This document shows, piece after piece, positions 48,501-64,000 of a DNA stretch of 64,000 bases. This DNA is from Bugula neritina (lineage: Eukaryota > Animalia > Bryozoa): assembly GCA_964035545.1 (NCBI GenBank), contig OZ037765.1, positions 5,466,698-5,530,697 on the forward strand, read 5' to 3'. Made by a program: the position numbers and the translations under genes. The notes under the pieces were generated by a model. The model had not been told where the DNA came from. It did not search any database and was given only the letters and a program-made list of their open reading frames with translations. Positions within the stretch are counted from its first letter, which is position 1. Each line of letters opens with the position of its first letter.

Positions 48501-51500
48501 CATTTTATTATTTATGCATAATATAAATCATGTCTTATATAAATTGTTCTTAGCAAATGTTGCCTTGATTCAGCCAAGAATATAGAGTCACTATTCGCCT
48601 GCTTGCAGTCTAAGAACTAAAATATTTTTGACCATGTGTCATGCTTTTATCAGATCAGTCAAATCCATTTCCTGCAATAACATATTATTATACTTCTACT
48701 TATTTTGCTAACTCTAGCTTGATTACAAAATGCGCTGTAAACTTGTTATAAGAAGCTTCTACTTTCTGTTCGGAGTTACGAGTTGCCAGTTTGGCTATTT
48801 GGAAAGTGTTTAATATCTAATATGCTCTCGTAGCGTTGAAAATAGGCAACTCACACTTCAAACCATAAAATATGAGTCTAATGTATGAAAAATGCAAAGC
48901 AATCATTGCAGTATTTGTTGACATTATGTTTTGGGTTAAGTCAGTTTGATAACTTAGATTAGTTTCTTTAGGGTTCACATTGCATCTGGTCGCAGTTATC
49001 ATAAGTTAGTTGAACCGACCAAATGTTACACATCCTTATCAGTTTGTTTGTATTGTTGAAGAGGGCAAATCTAACATTATCTTTATTTGTTTCTGGAAAT
49101 TTGTGATTTCATACAAACAAGCTGAATTGTTTCTTTTCAGTATCAGCAGCTTTTCAAAAAAGTTGTTGTGTAATTGATTAGAAATAGTGATCCACAAGTT
49201 TAATTACAAATGTGTTTCAAATTGCAATCTACTCTAGCTAGCATAACATTACATATGCTTAATGTCGTCTAGCATTGCTTGCATTAACAGTTTTTATAAT
49301 AATCCTAGTTCTATTAGGAGATTATCACTGTGGGACAAGTACTTGATGCTCCAAACAACTGATTGTACACTTGCATGTTGTCAAGATTCATGACTGAAAA
49401 ATAAACTCATTAAACAGTATAAAGTTATACTGAATGCATTCAACTCTAGTTTTCAAAACAATTATTTTTATTTATTTAAATCATTTGGATGTTCTACATA
49501 AACATATTAAGTACTAAACTTTAACCCGTGAAACTTTAATCAAACTGCAGGTAAAAGTTGTATGGTTTTTGCCAAACAAAACCCAGTGCCAAAAGATGGC
49601 ATCTAAATACTTCAAATTTAGAAAACATCAGCTGATATTTTTATATTTTTATTTAGAAATCTTCAACTACAGTCTATAGCAGAATGCTAAAAGGGAAAAA
49701 GAATTTGGAAAATGCAACTAGAATGTGTGAACAACTTTTACTAGCTTAGGGATAACTGAAGTTGTAGTTGCAAAATTTCCATGCAAGTAACATGTTCACA
49801 TGCAAAATATCAAATTGTCTAATGGTGCAAAAACGCCATGAATATCTTTGAATTAAATTAATGTTTTTTGCTGTAGTATGGCTAGCAAGCTGTTGCCAAG
49901 TGATAAAAGTTTGACAGATGCTTTTTCATTTTGTTTAGCTTTTCACTTTTTACTTGAAAGATTTTCAATATTGTTGATGCTACCATGCATACCACTACTC
50001 TTACATACCACAGTGTACTAGTTACTATACGTACTAGCCTACATCATACTGATAAGAAAAAGGGTTGATTGCCACGTCTGTCCATCTGAACACCCCTAAT
50101 TTCTCTATTTCGAATAGCTTTTGGAACTACTCTGTAACAAAATTAAGATCAACATAAAATTTCAGTAGCTAAACTCTCTCAAAGTTTTGTTGTGCTCCCA
50201 ACTTTTTCAAGAGAACATAACTTCTATCATTGAAGTTGCTATAATATTAGTTGACATAAGAATTTCTCAGACTTTTTATAGAGATCTGACGATTTTTTTG
50301 GTAGTTTTAACTAAAACAGATATGCAGACAGCCTATATCTGTATAGATATCCTTACACCAGCTTATTTGTCTCAGAAGTTGACAATGTTACAGTTTGCAG
50401 ATGTGCACTGGAGATGTTTTGATCTGTTTGCCTTCGTAAGTGTTTGAACCTGCCGTTACAAGCTGTGTTATGTGAGAAATCTTCTAAATGGAATTTTTCA
50501 ACATTGCCAAAATAATTCAATAACAAACCTGACAAAAATATAGACTGTGGACCACAACACCTAGTTTAATAGGGTATTGAGGGCACTCCACATACCATAG
50601 TTATAATAGATAAGTTAACACCGCAAGAACACAAGCCTTCAGTAGTAGCCTATAATACAATTTAAAGTGTGTTATTTATATCTTGCTTTTGACTGTTCAT
50701 CATAATTTAGATTACATTATAAAACCCTGTTTTCAGTTTTGTTTGTTTGTTTAGTGAATTTAATTAAAACAAGCTGCCACAAAATTTCAAAAGCACTCTA
50801 CGAATTTATATATAAATTCTCTGTTGCATGATGAAATTAAGTAGTTTGGGAGTTATCTGCTATATTTTTCATGAGACCACAACTATCAAGTTCATATTTA
50901 GTTGATAGTCATTTTTTAGCAACTTGAATCCTGGTAATTAAAAACTTTTAAGAAAAGTATAAATTGTAACATTGCTTATATTATAATAATTGGTATAGAA
51001 TTGCCGATTTATATTTTACCAAAATTTTCTAGAACTTACAGTTTTTCATCTACTTTATGCCAATAATTAATGATGAATAGACCTAAAAGTTGAAGAAGCT
51101 ATTTACTTAGTCATAAGCTGAAAATCAAAAATGTTCAAGATATTATTATGGTGTCAGTTGCAAGTATAAAATATTGAAATAGTGTGTTATATTGTAGTAA
51201 CTTGTGGGTTATTGAATAAAATCAGGCAGAGAACATAACTCCTTGTTATAGAAGCCATAAGTAATGTGTCAAGGGGGATAACTCTGATATTTACCACAAT
51301 ATACCTATAATAGATACTTTTATTTGTGAAAACACTTAGTAAAGGACACCAAAAGCTACAAAATAGAATGATGCTGTTAAATCTTTTAATGTTAAGTTAT
51401 ATATGAGGAATTATATAATATTTCTCATTATTACCATTACTATTATGCATATAGATTTGCAGTACGGAAGAATAAACTTAATTATGTGGTACTAGAAACA

Positions 51501-51645
51501 TACTAACTTATAAAATCAACGATTATATAATATATAATAATTAATTCATCTTTAATTCAACAGGTTGCAGCAGATGAAGTAAAAATTACAATCTTAATAT
51601 AAATAGTTGTAGTTATCTGTGCAAATCGCACAGACCAAGCTAGTT

Positions 51646-51648
<3 letters not shown>

Positions 51649-51716
<68 letters not shown>

Positions 51717-51717
51717 A

Positions 51718-51763
<46 letters not shown>

Positions 51764-51766
51764 TAT

Positions 51767-51831
<65 letters not shown>

Positions 51832-51837
51832 TATATG
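51649..51837. repeat. (TA)n microsatellite
   Basis: About 190 bp of near-perfect TA dinucleotide. Confidence 0.97.
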
Positions 51838-52729
51838 AAGTTGTCACCTCATGTTCTCAAGACTCGTGGCCAATTGTGGTGCATAAGTAGAGTCTGATAC
51901 TCATTTACCTCTGAATAAACTACTAAGCCAGAAACGCTAACGGGTTGGATTTTATTTTTATTTTTAACGCATAACCAAGAATCAATCAGCAACCAATGGT
52001 TTACCGACCACTACCAACCTTACGGGTCTATGCCTAGCAGAATACTGATTACTAACTTTAGTTGTCATCTGCTTGCTATAAATAGCTTAAAATAAAGGCT
52101 ATTCTTTAAAGCAACAGCTATATAGCTTACAGTAGCCAGCTATATAGCTGAGTCAAGCTGAGTCATTCTAGCTTTGCAATTGAATTAGCAATAAGAACTA
52201 GTGGCAGAATGGTGAACTGAGCCCAGTCTAGTCCAAAAAACACATCATATATACCACTTTTTAGTGACATACGATATTATATGTTATATGTGCACTAGTA
52301 CACATGTAATGTAATAACACACTGTATATATGCAATATTATAGTAGTACATATATTATGATATTATATGTTATATGTGACAGCAACCATCATAATCAAAC
52401 TCAACATAGTATCAATAATTAACAAAATTATTGCACAAAACATCAAACAAGATGAAGGCATTACAATAAGACATCTATGAATATTGAGAAGTAGTCAGGT
52501 GTAAACTAGCAATATGAAAAGCAGTTTATCAGAATGTAAGCTGTTAACATAACAATACTGGCATAAAAGGGAACGCAGCTATTTCATTATGTTACATTAT
52601 GTTATATATGTTATATGTTCATTATATTATGTGTATATGGCTGTAGTTTTTATCTTTCTCTGTGATGTAATGACTGCTGTGCTGCTTTTAGTTTGCCTCC
52701 GTTAGAGTTGTCATGCCATGGACAATATC

Positions 52730-58229
<5,500 letters not shown>

Positions 58230-59793
58230 GTTGAATATTGTGTTATACTGAACTAACATTGTCAACAGCTGAATATATATGGTGTAATGACGTAGTTAAG
58301 CAGCATCATCTGCTAAAGTTCAATGATATATGGGCATCATCCGAAGATAAGATCCTTTTTAAGTAGGAAATTTGGCTGCATGGAGGATGCTTGTTGTATT
58401 TAAAAGCAGGAAATCATTCAAACGTGTAGCAGTTCAATGACTCAACTAAGAGCATATTATTATGTTATTTACTTAAATGACCCATAACTCAATTTTAAGC
58501 TAGGCTATTGCAAAACATAGCTCTAAGTAGATTTACTTTAGAAATTATGTGATATCCCGAAAACATAGGCTGTGTTGTTTTGGTGAATACAGTTGAGTGC
58601 CAGATAACGCAACAGTCATTTAATAAAGCTATTAGTACTAATGATAATTTTGATTTATTTGTTAGGTTGTAAAACACTTGTACGTCACAGCAAAATTATT
58701 TCTATAAATGCATCAAACTATTTTTATGGGTAAATAAGACATTCAAACTGTTTGAGATGCTATGCTCAATTGAGTAAATAAAGCACTCGCGTAAGAAACT
58801 TTAAACACGTTTTTTTGCCAAAAATGAAGTATATTTTATTATATTTATTATATAACTCAAAGAGTTATAAAACTAAAGATATGGTTGTAGAGCAATCATC
58901 AAAGTTGTTACTAGAAACTAAAAATAATATTTGTATCTTTCTATTTATCATAAAGCTATCCAATGTTTGTATGTAAACGAGTTTAAAAGAAAATTTGGTT
59001 TCAATAAACTATACTCAAAATTCAGAAGATTCAGGAGAAATCTTCTTAGTATAGATTCAATAGAAGATATATCAGTCAATTTAATATATCAAATACTGCT
59101 TAACAATTACAACCTTATTACTGCTTAACTTTCAACCATATATATTTATTTACTCATAATAAATTAGTTTTTGGAGTTTATACAGAACTGTGGTTTGTTT
59201 ACAACAATGATTGATTGCTACACTTGAGCTGTTGAGCAACAATCTGACCAAGATTTTTCAAAAAACTTATTTTGAAGTTTTGGTTTTTTCAAGAACTTGT
59301 ACTATTTGACCTGCAGGTGAATGTGATTTTGATAATCTTAAATATTGATTTTATTCTTAAAATTTAAGTTAAAAACAAGTAAACAGTTTTAGGGGCTTAT
59401 AGCCACAGAATGCCTTTGTATTCCATTTCAATGGATTACCAACTGTTCAAACTGTTACTGCTCAGATAATTGTATATTGTGATATATTTGTATACATGTG
59501 TGTCACATCCAAAAAGCTATACACTTTTACTGTATACACTTTTAAACTTTATTGTGCTTATATATGACAGTTAACTATATAATAGAATAATGTATGCAAA
59601 GACATTGTGATTGTATCAGCATAATAATTATGCTTTTTCTCATACATACTAATTCAAAACAATTATGTAATATTTCTGAATGGCAATTGTTATGTAATTG
59701 GACAGTTTCCAAGTTCAGAATTTTATGTGATTCACAAATGCAGCAAACCTTACACAAATAATAAATTGTTAAAATTTAGCATATTTTAATCAC

Positions 59794-59932
59794 CATCTTT
59801 CCTCGGATCAATCTCAGCGAGATCGATCCATGGAAAGATGTCAAAGATTGATCTCAGTTGATCTGAGCTGGTCGGTCTGTGGAAATCGATCTCATGTCAG
59901 AAAGACAATGGAAAGATGTCTGATCGATCTGA
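59794..59932. repeat. GATC-rich palindromic patch with a 22-bp hairpin
   Basis: catctttcctcggatcaatctc-agc-gagatcgatccatggaaagatg (59794-59840); tggaaagatgtc occurs twice; eight GATC in about 130 bp. Confidence 0.65.
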
Positions 59933-62659
59933 GAATTAGAAAAAGACTCCTCGCTAAACTGTAGTGTGATCACCACCAGGAATGGGCTGGAAACTATGGT
60001 ATAAACTTATCTAGTGGAATGAATATATTCAATGACAAATTATTTAGAACAGTTATTATGGAGACAAAAGCCACATACCTAGAAGCAACAAGTCTGATAA
60101 TGTGTTAAACTTAGTAATGATTAAAAATTGGTTCTGTTGTGATTCATTTATGAAAAATATTATATGTTGTGAAATATGAAAAAACGCACCCATGAATGTT
60201 GAATAAAAAAATCAGAAAAGACAATTTATATATCGTTGGGATTGAGTGGTGCAACACTTTGCTTATTAGGTGATATTCTTTAACTTTTTAGATTAAATAA
60301 TTCTTAAAAATTGCATATTTTGGAGTAATTGGAACGAAACTGCAAGTTTTCGCCAGGAAGCTATAGTGAAAGTAACGTTGTGTAGAAAACCTCAACATGT
60401 GACGTTAAATGTCCCATAACATGAACTTGTTATAACTTGAAATTGCACAGATTGCCTGGAAGTGTTGACATTAAAGACTTGCATAAAATAAATTAAAATT
60501 TTTAAGTCAAATTGAGTTCAATTAGTTGTATTAAAGAATTTCAAGTATTAGGCCAAGTGTGTATGTGTGGTGTGTGTGCGAGTGTGAGTGGTATGTGTGC
60601 GAGTGATGCATTATGTGCGGTTGGAATGTCCAAGAACCAGCCATACATACCTTGAACAAATTTTAAAGCTTTGGTGCTCAACTTTCCATGCTTTAATAAA
60701 TTTATCAGGACAGAGTTATGAGAAGAAGCTTAATTGAGCTAGGCCTCCGGCAGCCACCTCCGGCACCTATCTGCTACCCGAACAGGACAAAACGGAGATA
60801 AGCAAGAATAAATTTCTCAAATATATTGAATTGCAACGTCTTAATCAAGTTTCATAATATCCACCAATAAAGCTAGAGAATTCAGATACATTTTTCTCTC
60901 TGTACCAAGGAGCTCACATCATAAGAGAGAGAGCTGTGGTTATATCCTTCTCTTGGAATAAATTACTGGAATAGTAGTGAGCTAGTTTGTAGCAGGAGAG
61001 CATAACTTATAAGAGCATGTCTCCTGTACAGCATGTAGCAAAGAGATGGTGAATAAATACATTAGTGAAGACACTTGGCTTAAACCAATTTTAGAGTCAA
61101 GATCACTTTTTGCTGTCACATAAAAACTTTTAGGTAAAGTATAAATTATAATATTGGTTAGATTATAATAATAGATAGAGAATTGCAAATTTATATTCTA
61201 TTAAAATTGTCTAAAACTTGCAGTTTGCATTTACTTTATGCCAATAATTAATGATGAATAGACCTTAAAATTGAAAACTCACTTTTTGTGGCTGTTAAAG
61301 AAGCTATTTACTTAGTCATAAGCTAAAAATCAAAAGTGTTCAAGATATAATGGATACTTTTATTTGTGAAAACACTTGGTAAAGGACATCAAAAGTTACA
61401 AAATAGAACGATGCTGTTAGATTTATTGTTATGTTATGTTATATATAAAGAATTATATATCATTTCTCATTATCACCATTACTATTATGCAAATAGATTT
61501 GCAGTACGGAAGAATAAACTTAATTATGTGGTACTAAAAACATAATAATTTTTAAGATCAAAAGATTTTATAATATATGAAAATTAATTCATCTCTAATT
61601 CAACATGTTACATCAGATGCAGTGAAAAGTATGACCTTAATACGAATAGTTGTAGTTATCTGTGCATTGCATAGACCATGTTAGTTCATACATCATATAT
61701 GAAGTTGTCACCTCATGTTCTCAAGACTCATGACCAATTGTGGTGCATAAGTAGAGTCAGATGCTCATTTACCGCTGAATAAACTACTAAGCCAGAAACG
61801 CTAACGGGTTGGATTTTATTTTTATTTCTAACGCATAACCAAGAATCAATCAGCAACCAATGGTTTACCGACCACTACCAACCGCTACCAACCATGTGGG
61901 TCTATGCGTAGTAAAATACTGATTACTAACTGTATTTTCATCTGATTGTTTTAATAGCTTAAGATAAAGGCTATTCTCTAATGCAACAGCATAATAGCCA
62001 ACAGTAGCCAGCTATATAGCTGAGTCAAGCTGAGTCATTCTTGCTTTGCAATAAGAACTAGTGGCAGAATGGTGAAGTGAGCTCAGTCTAGTCCAAAAAA
62101 ACATATCATATATACCACTTTTTAGTGACATACGATATTATATGTTATATGTGCACTAGTACACATGTAATGTAATAACACACTGTGTATGTAATATCAC
62201 TAGTATATATTATGTATTATGTTAAATATAATATTATGTATATAATAATTATACATGTATACATATATATTATATTATAATATTATGTTATATGTTATAT
62301 GTGACAGCAACCAACATAATCAAACTCAACATAGTATCAATAATTAACAAAATTATTGCACAAAACAACGAACAAGATGAAGGCAGAAAGACATTACAAT
62401 AAGACATCTATGAATATTGAGAAGTGGTCAGCTGTAAACTAGCAAAATGAAAAGCAGTTTATAAGAATGTAAGCTGTTAACATAGGTAACAATACTGACA
62501 TAAAAGGGAACGCAGCTAATTATATTATATCAATCACTTTGACAATTGAACCATTTATATATGTATGACTGTAGTTTTTATCTCCATCTGTGTGATGTAA
62601 TAACTTTTGTGCTGTTTTCAGCTTTTTATAGGAGTTGTCATGCCTTGTAGAATAGCTTA

Positions 62660-64000
<1,341 letters not shown>

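Noticed and set aside
51619-51897. YIYI ORF
   Set aside because: Translation of the (TA)n microsatellite.

Overview
AT-rich, intron-containing animal (invertebrate) genomic DNA; the taxon cannot be fixed from the sequence alone, although the gene content looks lophotrochozoan-like. I rebuilt seven spliced protein-coding genes by hand, with GT-AG introns and consistent phases. In order: Wnt1 (minus strand, first 3 coding exons, 3' end outside the window); complete SDHA (minus, 14 coding exons, 656 aa); a peroxisomal D-amino-acid/D-aspartate oxidase ending in SKL (minus, 9 exons, 349 aa); EXOG (plus, 5 exons, about 346 aa), head-to-head with the oxidase; a type-I membrane protein with an unusual signal peptide-Reeler-mucin stalk-SEA-TM-tail layout (minus, 5 exons, 1169 aa), tail-to-tail with EXOG across a palindromic double poly(A) signal; and two tandem GH9 cellulases (minus; one complete CBM2-like/linker/GH9 gene of about 630 aa, and the 3' end of a second). 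Non-coding elements include a tRNA-derived SINE (4 copies, two with target-site duplications), a foldback MITE family, several palindromes, micro- and minisatellites, 3/6-bp-periodic tracts next to promoters, and a copy of the SDHA 3' UTR inside an SDHA intron with its AATAAA mutated. The most novel-looking item is the Reeler-mucin-SEA membrane protein beside the cellulase array. No CRISPR array, rRNA, or intact tRNA was seen. All gene models are manual and lack transcript support.
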